Shown: piece by piece, positions 1 to 10,120 of the stretch | Layout of the letters: the number at the start of each line of letters is the position of its first letter | How positions within the stretch are numbered: the stretch's first letter is position 1 | From: an uncultured Nitrospiraceae bacterium | Lineage (GTDB): Bacteria > Nitrospirota > Nitrospiria > Nitrospirales > Nitrospiraceae | Length of the DNA: 64,000 nucleotides | Reading direction: 5' to 3' | Assembly (NCBI GenBank): GCA_963846575.1 | Contig: CAWJWJ010000002.1 | Location: forward strand, 160,001 to 224,000 | Notes under the pieces: generated by a model | What the model saw: only the letters and a program-made list of their open reading frames with translations | Database searches by the model: none | Told to the model about the DNA's origin: nothing | Program-made: the position numbers and the translations under genes

Positions 1-2
1 CA

Positions 3-56
3 CGCATACAGAAACTCCTGCTTAAATATGGTTTTGACGAACCTTTGAAAGGGTGA
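3..56 (+). CDS. 3' end of a gene entering the window (..RIQKLLLKYGFDEPLKG*), possibly a ModA-like substrate-binding protein
   Basis: Open frame to TGA at 54-56. The LLKYGF ending resembles ModA C-termini, but only 17 codons are visible. Confidence 0.3.
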   Translation, partial: RIQKLLLKYGFDEPLKG

Positions 57-390
57 CCTTTCTCCCTGGTGGCGACAAAACCGCCGGCGTACACTGCTCG
101 GCTCGAACTCCCGGTACCACGACACTGCCTTGGCCGGCCTCATAGATACATATCTCTCTGCGGACAACGTGATCCCCTTCCTGGTGACACTACGCCCGGT
201 ATGAACCGGGTCGTGGTCATGTTCCCTATTCGTCTGAACGGTGGTTAGCTCCGGTGCCTCCTATCAGTCTCGCTGGCTGGAGCACGGTGCCGTCAATTCC
301 TCTGGTCACTGCGCCGGGGCATTTGATAATACCAACGCCCCCAACGTACTCTACTATGTGATGTTTCACGATCCGGGTGAGGTGATGCCC

Positions 391-1839
391 ATGGCCCTTC
401 CAGTCAGAGAAACGCGTGAGCGCGAAATCAAGCTCGCTGTGCACCCAAGCTTTACCCTGCCCCCGCTTTCGGGAGAGCCGCTGCCTACTCGAATCCTGAC
501 CTCTGTCTACTACGATACCGACCAGCATCAACTGGCACGGGCCGGCATTACACTCCGTTATCGCGTCGAAGCGCGAAAGGGGGTCTGGCAACTGAAGCTT
601 CCCCGCGACAAGGCCAGGCTGGAGTTGGAGTGTGCCGGCGACCGCAGTCGGCCACCGGTATTCCTCATGAAGCTCCTGTTCGCACAGTTGCGGGGGCAGC
701 CGGTCAAGATGATCGCCACATTGCGTACAAGACGGACGGGGATACTCGTGGGCGGGGCCGCCAGGCCGGTGGCCGAGGTCGTGAGAGATGTGGTCGTCGC
801 GCTGGAGGGACGTCGCATCGTGCATCGGATGTGTGAGTTGGAAGTCGAACTCACAGGCGGGAAAGAGAAAGATCTTCGGAAGATCGAAAAAGCGTTACGT
901 GAGGCCGGGGCACAGGATGGCGATCCGAGGCCTAAGGTGGTTCAGGCCCTCTCGCTGGAACTTCCCACTCCGCCCGATCCGCCGCCCCCATCGGCCCCGC
1001 CGATCGAACAGCTCAAGGCCCTGCTGCGCACTCAACTGGAACTGATTCTGAGACACGATCCCGGAACGAGACTGGGCAGTGAACCGGAAGAACTTCATAA
1101 GATGCGGGTCGCGACGCGACGACTTCGCGCCTATGTCCGAGCCGCCCATGAGATTCTCCAGCCGGAATGGGCAGAGCAGATCTGTACGGAAGTGGCCTGG
1201 CTGAGGACTGTGCTGGGACCGGTCCGTGACCTGGATGTCTTGATCGAGCATCTCGAGAAACAATGTTCCACCCTGCGTCCCGCCGAGCGCCGCGCGTTTG
1301 AACACTTGTTGCAGCGACTTCAAGCTCAACGAACGGCGGCACGAGAAGCGCTTGTGCAGGCCCTCGAAGGCGATCGGTATCTGGCCCTGCTCGACCGGCT
1401 CGACGGCGCCTGTCGATCCCCGGCCGTGAGCGGCGCCACGGTGTCATTGAGGGATATCGCAGAGGCCGGGTTTAAGAAACTTCGTCGAGCCATTAAGAAG
1501 TGCGGCCTGGATGCGAGTGATACGGTGCTCCATGAGATCCGTATTAAGGGAAAGCGGGCACGGTATGCAGCGGAACTGGCTCAGGTTTGTGTCGGTAAAT
1601 CGGCCACACGCTTCCTGGATCACGCCAAAACGTTTCAGGACCTTCTGGGCGACCATCACGACGCGGTCGTGACGGAGCAGCGGTTACGCCAACTCCTCGG
1701 GCAGGCCCACAGCGGCATCGCGGCCTTCGCCATGGGACGGCTCATCGAGCGGCAGTGTGAACGCCGCGGGAAAGTGCGGACGACCCTCCCCGAGGCCTGG
1801 AGCAAGTTAAAGAAGCACGGAAAGAAAGCCTGGGGGTAG
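391..1839 (+). CDS. CYTH + CHAD domain protein (triphosphate tunnel metalloenzyme fused to a polyphosphate-binding domain)
   Basis: EREIKL (ExExK), YYDT..L, ELEVEL motifs; CHAD motifs LHKMRVATRRLRA, LHEIRIKGKRARY, QDLLGDHHD. Start moved from 241 to ATG 391, which follows GAGGTG. Confidence 0.9.
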   Translation: MALPVRETREREIKLAVHPSFTLPPLSGEPLPTRILTSVYYDTDQHQLARAGITLRYRVEARKGVWQLKLPRDKARLELECAGDRSRPPVFLMKLLFAQLRGQPVKMIATLRTRRTGILVGGAARPVAEVVRDVVVALEGRRIVHRMCELEVELTGGKEKDLRKIEKALREAGAQDGDPRPKVVQALSLELPTPPDPPPPSAPPIEQLKALLRTQLELILRHDPGTRLGSEPEELHKMRVATRRLRAYVRAAHEILQPEWAEQICTEVAWLRTVLGPVRDLDVLIEHLEKQCSTLRPAERRAFEHLLQRLQAQRTAAREALVQALEGDRYLALLDRLDGACRSPAVSGATVSLRDIAEAGFKKLRRAIKKCGLDASDTVLHEIRIKGKRARYAAELAQVCVGKSATRFLDHAKTFQDLLGDHHDAVVTEQRLRQLLGQAHSGIAAFAMGRLIERQCERRGKVRTTLPEAWSKLKKHGKKAWG

Positions 1840-2071
1840 TTTGGACGAGCCGGTCCAAAGCGTCGGGCTACGGCACGTCAGGCACTCCTGCAGCCTCAGT
1901 CAGCGGTGAGACCCGCGTCGACACGAGCCAAGCGATACCCCCTCCGTTGCCCGGGACCATCTATCGGGCATGCCAGCAGCCATGCTGACATCCGTCCTCC
2001 TCGAGGGTGCACCACCATCTTGTTCGCCTATCGCCTCGTCTGTCATCCGCTAGTCTCCCATCAGGCGCCCC

Positions 2072-3157
2072 TCAGCTCGGCAGGCGGACTGCGGGTTGGG
2101 CATCCACTATTGTGCGGCCTGCGACGGCATGCAGCGTGCCGGCTACGAGGTGTTGAACCAGATTGTAGAAGATGATCGGAACCATGACTCTGGGGTAGGA
2201 GGTGAGAACGAGGGCGGCCAGGACCAGGCCGGTGCCATTGTTATGCATCCCAAGCCCATACATGAGTGAGACACGTTCGGCTTGATCGAGGCGAAACAAG
2301 CGGCTCAGCCCGGAGCCGGAGGCAAACGCCGTGACGCAGAGACCCGTCGTCAAACCTACCGTGACAGCCAAAAAATCCCAATCGCGATCCGCCACTGCCT
2401 GGGGTAGCGAGACGGAGGCATTCGAATAATTGAGCAACAGCAGTACGACGGAGTTGGTCAACTTGATCAGCGGCAACAGCCTGCTGAGTCTCGCTTCGCC
2501 AAGGGTCACACGCAGCGCGATGCCTAACATGGAGGGGAGGACGACCCAGAGACCCAAGAACGCGGCCGATCCGTAGGCCGCGAGTCCATCCAGGACACGC
2601 TCAAATTCCTGGGATGCCATGTCCCCGAACACGTGCAGCGAGAGCGGCGTGATGATGGGACTGAGCACAGTCGACGACAGCACTAACCCCAAGCTCAGGG
2701 CGAGGTTGCCGTTAGAGTTCTGCGCCCAGGCGGTTGAGGCGCCAGCGACCGGCATGGCGGCAACCAGGGCCAGGCCGACCAGAATATACTGCGCTTCCTC
2801 CGGTTCGTACCAGAACCGCATGACCACCGTGACGAAAAAAATATAGGCCATGGGGATGACGAGATTGGCCGTGAGCCCGGTCAGCAATACCGGAAGCCTG
2901 CGCCACAACGAGGTGAGGTGCGCAGTCTTCACACCTAACCCGGCATTGAACATGAGTGTGGCGAGAAGGAGCAAAAGGAGCGAGACGTGGATGTTCACAT
3001 GGAAGAGGGTGACATGATCGACGCGTAGATTCCTGATCCACAAACCGGGCGCGGGGAATGCCGCGGCTGCGGCATAGGCCGCGAGTAAGCACCAGAGTAA
3101 ATGATGGTGAATGAACTGAGATGCTGCGAGTGCCGCCTGTTTCAGCCTGCCGAACAT
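2072..3157 (-). CDS. Bile acid:sodium symporter (BASS/SBF) family transporter
   Basis: About 9-10 hydrophobic helices; MFNAGL, AAMPVAGAS, GNLALSLGL, GMHNNGTGL motifs. Confidence 0.85.
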   Translation of the reverse strand: MFGRLKQAALAASQFIHHHLLWCLLAAYAAAAAFPAPGLWIRNLRVDHVTLFHVNIHVSLLLLLLATLMFNAGLGVKTAHLTSLWRRLPVLLTGLTANLVIPMAYIFFVTVVMRFWYEPEEAQYILVGLALVAAMPVAGASTAWAQNSNGNLALSLGLVLSSTVLSPIITPLSLHVFGDMASQEFERVLDGLAAYGSAAFLGLWVVLPSMLGIALRVTLGEARLSRLLPLIKLTNSVVLLLLNYSNASVSLPQAVADRDWDFLAVTVGLTTGLCVTAFASGSGLSRLFRLDQAERVSLMYGLGMHNNGTGLVLAALVLTSYPRVMVPIIFYNLVQHLVAGTLHAVAGRTIVDAQPAVRLPS

Positions 3158-3349
3158 TCGTGACTCTGCAACTTCCGCATCCCGTTGAGACTGAGCAGCG
3201 TGAGTATGCCTGGATCGGGTTGCGTTTGGCCAGTGGACCGTCAGGCGGGCACGAGCGGGAGTTTGTGTCTACGTGAATGCGCGTGCGGCTCGTGCGGATG
3301 GCATGACCGGAGAGTCGGAGGGGCCCTCCGGCAGGATGCGGGAAATGTC

Positions 3350-6300
3350 TTAGCTCGTCAGTGGGTGGGGAGTGACGGAGAGCTCGGTGTTGTCGGGAAA
3401 TGCCGCGCCCAGCCTGACTGTCCGTGAGGGGCCCTGTAGGTGCACCTGCATGGTATGTCCATCCCACTGCCAATCGACTGATCCGCCAGGAATTGCCAGT
3501 CCGGAAACCGCCATCGGTCGGGTGAGCCATGAAGGAGGAATGCCACCACCGATGACCAGCGCGGCGCTCCCGGTCCTGTCGTCCACATAGGCCAGCATGT
3601 CCTGCTGTAGCAGCAAGAGCAATGCCGCCGTCTGATAATCCGGAGAGACCGCCCGCTGGTTGTGCCACCCTCGTACGTATTGCCATCCGTCCGCTACGTC
3701 TGACGTTGCCGGTCTGGGTGCATCCCACGTGTAGAGCCCGGGCGATGCCTGTCGCTCCCACAGCTGGTCAAGGAGTGCCCAGAGCGCGTCCGGCCGTCCC
3801 GACCGGAGGAGGTGGTGCGCCACGATCATGGTTGTCGCCGGGCTGTGATCGTCGGGAGTAGGACTGTAGAGGGGCAACGGTTGCTCCAACGGGCTGCGCG
3901 GGGAAAGCGGGCCCGGAGAATGCCGCGCGTCTACACGGGAGTCGGCTACGTGGAGGGGACCGGCGGCGGTCCGGTGCTGCCAGCTCGTCTGCAAAGCCGC
4001 TGCGAGGTCGCGCCACCGCGCGGCATCACGCTGTTTGCCGAGTCGGTCAGCCAATTCCGAGGCCGCAACCAGTCCCTGGTAACTCACGGCGTTGACGTAC
4101 AGTGACGGCCATTCGTTTCCGACACGTCCTACGATCAGCCCGTCACGGGCCGGCTGCGCCAGCACACGAAGGCTGGTCTGTTGTCCGTTCGAGATGTCGT
4201 AAGGCGTGGGCACCAGAAAGGTCTCCTCGATGGATTCCCGGGTCCGGAGCATCTCCTCGATGCGGTGTGCCTTACGAAGAATATGCGGCCAGAGCCAGCG
4301 ATCATAGTCCTTGTCGGCAATATAAGCGGCGGCTTGCGTGAGTGACCAAATGGCCACACCGGGGGCATCGGCCTCCGGCCCATCCCCTCCGGCGAAGTCA
4401 TGGGTAGCCACAAATTGGGAGAGGACGCGGCTGACGTGCGGATCGCCGGTGCGAGCGAGGGCCGCGGTGATGTAGGCTCCCTGTCTCTGCCAGGCACGAT
4501 AGAAAAAAACAGGATCACCCGGTCTTGTTTCTCGCCCGATCAGGCTCATCATGAGATGAGTCACTTGCGCATCCATGGACGCCTGGAAGCGGGAGTCGGG
4601 CAGGCTGAGCCGCATGCGTGGCGACGACTCTTTGTACCAATGATTCATCTGGACCGGGACGCGGCTATCGGAGAGGATGAGTCGATATTCCCGATTCGCA
4701 GAATCCGGAGGCAGGAGCAGGCGAGCATAACCCCAGCCGGACTCGCCCTCCCACGATGTGGTTGAAGGAGGGGCCGTCATCCATCCCGCCGAGTTCTCAT
4801 CTCCCAATGCGACGCCGGCAGGAGCAGGCGAGAGGGCGACGGTCCAGCGATGATTGACTGCCACCTGCTTGCCGTCCCAACTCAAGGCGGTGACGGGTCC
4901 ACCCGCCGGCCCTACGCTACGAATCAGGATGGCCGGGATATGGGATGTGAGATTCTTCAACCGCAGCTCCCAGCCGGTGGCGTCCACTCGCGACCAGGAC
5001 GCTTCATAATACGGTGTCCTGGTGACGATGGCAGGCAGAGCCGAATGTTCGGAAAGGGCAAATGTCTGGCGGATCTCGCTGAGCGGCAGCGTTTGGCTGG
5101 TCATGACCGGGTGTCCGGTGGCATCGCAGAGCCAGAGCGAGATTCCGAAGCTGGGGGTTTGCGGACTGAAGTCTCCGCCAGGCTCGTGATAGGCATGGCC
5201 GCCTTCCGACGAGCCGGGTAGCGCCAAGGGCACGTGTCCGACAGACCTCGGCCAGGGACGGTCGGGATCCTTCTGCATCATGCTCGTCATCGCATCGCGC
5301 TGCGGGGTGAAGTGGGTTGCCTGCGCTCTGGCGTCCTGGAACTGGTGCCAGTTGTTCAGACCGGCGCACAGGGCAAGCAGGCCGGCGGCGACGAGCACCA
5401 GTGGCCGCCCTGGGCTGAGCGCACCCAGCGCGGCCACGGCCAGGAGCAGGGGGATGAAATTCAGACTGTAGGTGAAGGTTTCTTCTCCGTAGACCATGTG
5501 CAATGAGAACTCAAAGAGCAACATGGCCGCCAGCACAAGTCGAAAACGGAGTTGACGGTCCAAGGTGACCATTCTCCACAGTCCGTTGAGGAGCAGGACG
5601 GACCAGAGGCCGACGGCGATCAGCCCAAGTGGACCTGCAGACCCCGGAGCTGAGAACTGAAAGGACAGGCGCTGTGATAACCGGAAAGAATCGTCACCGA
5701 ACAGGATGAAGCCGTCATCGTCGATGAACCGGATGGCTGGAGCGACGAGGGTGTGAAAGGCAAACGCGGAGACGATGTTCTGCTTGCCTCCCGCCTGGGG
5801 ATGATTGACCCAATTGGCTTCAGTGCGGCCGCCGATGAAGAACTCGGCTGATGGAAACATGAATTTTTGTGCGCCCCACAAGAGCACCACCAGGCAGAAC
5901 GCGTTGATGGAAAGTTGCACCGTCTGTTTGAGGGGCCAGCGGGCCAGCGTCGCCAACAGGCCGGCCATCCAGTTCGTGACCGTGATGCTGAGCGTGAAGG
6001 CGCTGGCGGCCACATAGGCGGTGGCGCCGAAGCGGCGCTGTTCGGCGAACAGGAGCAGGGCGAGCGCGATCATAATCGACCACGATCCCCAGGTATAGGA
6101 ATTGGGCACAGGGAGCCAGAAGATGGCCGATGCACTGGACAGCCCGAGTGCCGTGAAGATGCTGCCATCGAGTTTCCGGCAGCCGAGGAGGCGCAGGAGC
6201 AGAAAGAGTGTCGCGGCCCACAGGCCTCCCATGAGGCCGGTGACGTGTAACACGGCCTGCAGGGGAGGAACGCCCAACGCCTGTTTTGCGAGATACACCG

Positions 6301-6754
6301 GGGTAAAGGTCAGTATCGAGAACAGCGGGTGAACAGAGGTCCGGGAGTGGTCGTCCGTCCTGGAGGTCATATTCGAGACTTCACGAACAGTATCGGACTC
6401 GAACCAGAAATCCATCGACTGAAGCAGATAGGGAGGAAGGGTATTGGCAATCAGGAAACAGCCGGTGCCGACGGCCAGGGCCAGCAGGGCTGCCATCAGC
6501 CAATCCGCCCGATTCAATCTGGCGAAATCGACGGCTAATTGCCCGGAATGCTCCGGCCACGCGTCATCATCACTGATGAGGGGGGAGGGCTCATCATAGG
6601 GTAATGGGCGTGCGGTATTGCCGTCTCTCACGATTAGCCTCAATGTTCCTTGTTCCGTCGAACGAACAACGTGCGACCGGGCATCAGCTGTCCTGACTGA
6701 ATCGGACGATCCGGGGGAAGACTGAAGCGGGGTGGCAGGGGCCAGGCAGGCCAC
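3350..6754 (-). CDS. Large fusion protein: polytopic GT-C-like membrane domain plus C-terminal six-hairpin glycosidase-like domain
   Basis: 1134 aa ORF. Many TM segments in the N-terminal ~470 aa with a DFWFESD loop; C-terminal RPGDP..YRAWQRQGAY and EADAPG resemble (alpha/alpha)6 glycoside hydrolase motifs. Start codon uncertain. Confidence 0.65.
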   Translation of the reverse strand: MACLAPATPLQSSPGSSDSVRTADARSHVVRSTEQGTLRLIVRDGNTARPLPYDEPSPLISDDDAWPEHSGQLAVDFARLNRADWLMAALLALAVGTGCFLIANTLPPYLLQSMDFWFESDTVREVSNMTSRTDDHSRTSVHPLFSILTFTPVYLAKQALGVPPLQAVLHVTGLMGGLWAATLFLLLRLLGCRKLDGSIFTALGLSSASAIFWLPVPNSYTWGSWSIMIALALLLFAEQRRFGATAYVAASAFTLSITVTNWMAGLLATLARWPLKQTVQLSINAFCLVVLLWGAQKFMFPSAEFFIGGRTEANWVNHPQAGGKQNIVSAFAFHTLVAPAIRFIDDDGFILFGDDSFRLSQRLSFQFSAPGSAGPLGLIAVGLWSVLLLNGLWRMVTLDRQLRFRLVLAAMLLFEFSLHMVYGEETFTYSLNFIPLLLAVAALGALSPGRPLVLVAAGLLALCAGLNNWHQFQDARAQATHFTPQRDAMTSMMQKDPDRPWPRSVGHVPLALPGSSEGGHAYHEPGGDFSPQTPSFGISLWLCDATGHPVMTSQTLPLSEIRQTFALSEHSALPAIVTRTPYYEASWSRVDATGWELRLKNLTSHIPAILIRSVGPAGGPVTALSWDGKQVAVNHRWTVALSPAPAGVALGDENSAGWMTAPPSTTSWEGESGWGYARLLLPPDSANREYRLILSDSRVPVQMNHWYKESSPRMRLSLPDSRFQASMDAQVTHLMMSLIGRETRPGDPVFFYRAWQRQGAYITAALARTGDPHVSRVLSQFVATHDFAGGDGPEADAPGVAIWSLTQAAAYIADKDYDRWLWPHILRKAHRIEEMLRTRESIEETFLVPTPYDISNGQQTSLRVLAQPARDGLIVGRVGNEWPSLYVNAVSYQGLVAASELADRLGKQRDAARWRDLAAALQTSWQHRTAAGPLHVADSRVDARHSPGPLSPRSPLEQPLPLYSPTPDDHSPATTMIVAHHLLRSGRPDALWALLDQLWERQASPGLYTWDAPRPATSDVADGWQYVRGWHNQRAVSPDYQTAALLLLLQQDMLAYVDDRTGSAALVIGGGIPPSWLTRPMAVSGLAIPGGSVDWQWDGHTMQVHLQGPSRTVRLGAAFPDNTELSVTPHPLTS

Positions 6755-7037
6755 GCATCACATGTCCTGCTCGTAAATCCCTAAGTGTGGACAGTACTGG
6801 ATGAGGCTGCAGCGAAGGCTCCGTCTGCTCCCTGCCCGACAACACCTTGGATGGCGACCCGTTATTCTCCCGACAGAGCGGCAATGATCGCCGGCGAATT
6901 GAACATTCTTCTTGTCAGGCTGGACGTCGACTGATAAGAAAAATCTCGCTGAATAAAGAGCCTTGCTGCCGGAGCCGGCCACGGCTGCGGGAATGCCAGG
7001 GGTGACACCTGCGGCACGATGAACGTTCGCAGGTGTC

Positions 7038-8405
7038 ATGGGGCCAGCAACACCGGCGGTCACTGTCATGCGCGATTATGCGATCTTCTATGCCTTGGCC
7101 GCTCTGGCTGGCTTTCTCTGGTTTCTCGCCTTCCGGTATGGCTCCGATCGAACCGCGTTTCGCGCGCTTCTGGGCTGCACGCTCGGGGGCCTAGCGCTGT
7201 GGATGTGGGAGGTTTCGGAGCCGTCGGTCGCGTTTTCGGACTTCAACGTGGCTTACTATCCGGCCGGCCGCGCCATTCTGCAGGATCTGCCGCATCTATT
7301 CAGGCGTTGCTGGGATACCCCCGTCTGCGGCTTCGTGAACATCCCCATTGTCGCGTTTCTGTTCACCCCGTTCGCCATGCTCACACTGCCCCATGCTCAG
7401 TGGCTGTTTGCCAGCTTGTCCGTGGTCAGCCTGATTCTGAGCCTGGTTCTGCTGTGGTCCATCACGGATCGGGCCTGGTCACGGAGGTGGGCGATCCTCC
7501 TGCTCTTTGCCGTGAACGGCCCGCTGTTTTACAGTCTCAAGGAGGGGAACCTCACCCACTTCGCGCTGCTCCTGCTGGTTGCGGGAGTGGTCTGCCTGGA
7601 GAAGAGGTGGGACCGGAGCGCAGGAGCCTGCTTCGCCATGGCCGCGATCATCAAGCTGCCCTTGCTGCTTTTCGGAGTCTACTTTGTCGGCCGGCGGCAG
7701 TGGGCCGTGGTCATTGGTTATGCCGCCGCGGGATTGGCGGTTTCGCTGGCTTCAGTATGGTATGCGGGATGGGACAACCATGTGAATTGGTACCGTGAAG
7801 TGATTCTGCCCTTCTCGAATAGGGGCCTCACAGCCTTCAACGTACAATCGACTCAGGGGGTATTGCTCCGGCTGCACCTGGATTCCCCGTTGTATAGTTG
7901 GAAGCCGGTGGAAGTGGCGTGGGGCGTGAAGGTCATCGAGAGGGTCTGTGGGGCCTTCCTGATGGGAGTCTCGTGTCTCCTGTTTGTGCGTCAACCCGGG
8001 AGGCAGCTCCAGAACACCATCTATCTTGAATTGTCGATGGTGCTCTGTCTCGCGCTGATCGTCAGCCCGATTTCGTGGAGCCACTATTATCTTCTCCTGT
8101 TGCTGCCGTTGGCCTTATATGCGGGTGATCGGTTGCCGATTCCCGATCGTGGCTGGTGGCCCCTCGCGATGCTGCTGTGCCTGCTCTGCGTCACGCCTCC
8201 GGTGACCTTCGCGATCGGGGAGGCTACGGGGGATGATTGGATCGCCAAGTTGGTCCTCTCTCACTATGTAACGGGCGCACTCTTATTGTGGACGCTGCTG
8301 GCCTATGCACGCTGGCGCGTGGCCGAAGTCCGCCACTGTCGCTTGGTGCCGGCGGGTCCCGTCGCTCGCGCTGCGGTTCCCACGATCAAGCGGATTGACG
8401 CGTAA
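7038..8405 (+). CDS. Glycosyltransferase family 87 (DUF2029) membrane protein
   Basis: SDFNVAYY, GFVNIP...LFTPF, EGN, IIKLP and SPISWSHY motifs typical of GT87; polytopic. Confidence 0.85.
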   Translation: MGPATPAVTVMRDYAIFYALAALAGFLWFLAFRYGSDRTAFRALLGCTLGGLALWMWEVSEPSVAFSDFNVAYYPAGRAILQDLPHLFRRCWDTPVCGFVNIPIVAFLFTPFAMLTLPHAQWLFASLSVVSLILSLVLLWSITDRAWSRRWAILLLFAVNGPLFYSLKEGNLTHFALLLLVAGVVCLEKRWDRSAGACFAMAAIIKLPLLLFGVYFVGRRQWAVVIGYAAAGLAVSLASVWYAGWDNHVNWYREVILPFSNRGLTAFNVQSTQGVLLRLHLDSPLYSWKPVEVAWGVKVIERVCGAFLMGVSCLLFVRQPGRQLQNTIYLELSMVLCLALIVSPISWSHYYLLLLLPLALYAGDRLPIPDRGWWPLAMLLCLLCVTPPVTFAIGEATGDDWIAKLVLSHYVTGALLLWTLLAYARWRVAEVRHCRLVPAGPVARAAVPTIKRIDA

Positions 8406-8834
8406 GACTCCAAGGCGTCCGGCGATCGACAGGCGGCAGGGTGAAGAGAGCCCCGCAGCAGGGCGGTTCATTCGATCCGCTTGGCCGTCGCGCAACGGCC
8501 AGCCGGGCTTGGGTGCGTCGAAGGGCAAACACGTGACGAGCAAGAGTTCGTGCCGGTCGCGTTCCAGAGGACGACGTGGCGCCGGGAAACCAGGACCATC
8601 CCCGTGCGCGCTCTATAGCGATGTCTTGCCCCTCCGTTCCGGTCAGGTCCGACTCATATCCCCGCTACGACATCCTTCAAAAAACATACGTGCGTATCTC
8701 GATGTCCGGTCAGCAGCATCGTGCCTGCCTGTTCTGGCGGGGCGGTGGAGGTGACATGGCCGGGGCCGAACGCCAAGGTTCACCGGGTGCCCTGAGAAAG
8801 ACGAGCGTCCTTCCCAGGGTACACCCACATTGAA

Positions 8835-9647
8835 CTAGTTGCCGACGGTGGACTCGGGGAGCGGATTATCCGAGTCTGAATCAGCGGGCGGAATGCCTTC
8901 ATCGTTCGATTCGTTTCCGTCAGTTTGGGTTGACGGATCGATAGCGGCTTCGATAGGATCCGTCGTTGTTTCGACGACCGGGGTGGAAACCACCAGGTGT
9001 TCCAGACCGACCTTCCGCATCTCCAAGTGCACGCGGCGATTCATCGCTCGGCAGATGTCGCTGGTATCGATGCACAAGGCACCTTCTTCTCCCAGGCTGA
9101 CGGTGCGGATCGAAGTCTCAGGCACACCCAGCGCGATCAGCTGCTGCTTGACGGTTTCGGCCCGTTTCATGCCCAGAATTTTATTGAAGCGCATGGAGCC
9201 CTGTTGGTCGGTATAACCTTGGAGAAGGATGCCCCAATCCGGTTCACTCTTCAGAAATTCCGCATGTCGCTGCAGGGCGGCCTTGCCGTCGTCGGTCAGG
9301 CCTTTTCTCCCGATTTCAAACTGAATGTCATCGTGGAGGATGTCCGTCCTCCTGGTGGCCACTGGGACGGCATCCACATAGATGGCCGGCGTCGCTGCGT
9401 AGACCGGGACGTTGTTGCTGGAATCGTTGAGGACCTGTGATACCTGGTGGTCGTTGAGCGCTTCTCCTGAACGGTTGCTATGGGCCGCCTCATCTGCCTG
9501 AGAGTAGTACCAGAAGGCGGCGACGACGAGCGCGAGAAAGAGCACGAGTCCGCCGAGAATATAGACATCTTTCATTTCCCGGTCCGGTCCGACGATCGTG
9601 GGGGCTACGGGTCCTGCACTGACGGTAGCTGCGGGTGTCTTCTGCAT
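8835..9647 (-). CDS. OmpA-family peptidoglycan-binding protein with N-terminal membrane anchor
   Basis: One TM helix, then IQFE..K..L, GYTDQQGS..FN..LG..RAETV and NRRV (OmpA C-terminal domain); acidic tail; GGAGGAG RBS. Confidence 0.9.
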   Translation of the reverse strand: MQKTPAATVSAGPVAPTIVGPDREMKDVYILGGLVLFLALVVAAFWYYSQADEAAHSNRSGEALNDHQVSQVLNDSSNNVPVYAATPAIYVDAVPVATRRTDILHDDIQFEIGRKGLTDDGKAALQRHAEFLKSEPDWGILLQGYTDQQGSMRFNKILGMKRAETVKQQLIALGVPETSIRTVSLGEEGALCIDTSDICRAMNRRVHLEMRKVGLEHLVVSTPVVETTTDPIEAAIDPSTQTDGNESNDEGIPPADSDSDNPLPESTVGN

Positions 9648-10120
9648 GGTGTCTGCTCCTCCGGGTAGTAGGGCCGGATGGTCCGGCGCTGTTGTAGTGG
9701 ATAGACCGATTGTCCTCTTGCTGCGAAATCGGCGTTGCCGGCCATCACCTCCTTTCCGCCGGCAGCCCGCTGCCGGTCGGGCTGTAGAGCAAGGGAGAGA
9801 CCAGCCGAGCCGCGGCGGCCGAACGGGCCTATTCGAAAAGAAATGAAGGAGTTCGGAGGACGGTCACGATCGGAAGGGCATCGCGGTCATGCGGGGACCG
9901 CGGGGGATTGCGGGGATAGCCCCGCATGGCTCGCGTCCCGGGCGGTGAACAGGCGAGGATGCGTCTCGCCGGACGCAGGGTTGCAGGAAAGGTTTTGACA
10001 GTTTCCGGGGCCGCGGTACCATTGGACAAGCTATTCGAGAAACCTTGCGAGCATGTAAGCACTCATCAGCCTAGCGCAGGCTACGGCACAGCACTCGGGT
10101 AACACGTGAGGAGTCGTTCA

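Noticed and set aside
2712..3761. 349-aa ORF bridging two genes
   Set aside because: Alternate-frame overlap of the transporter and the large fusion gene; Arg/Pro/Gly-rich with no motif.
9891..9925. Three GCGGGG(G)A repeats, possible G-quadruplex or operator
   Set aside because: Only three G-runs in a high-GC intergenic region; could be chance.
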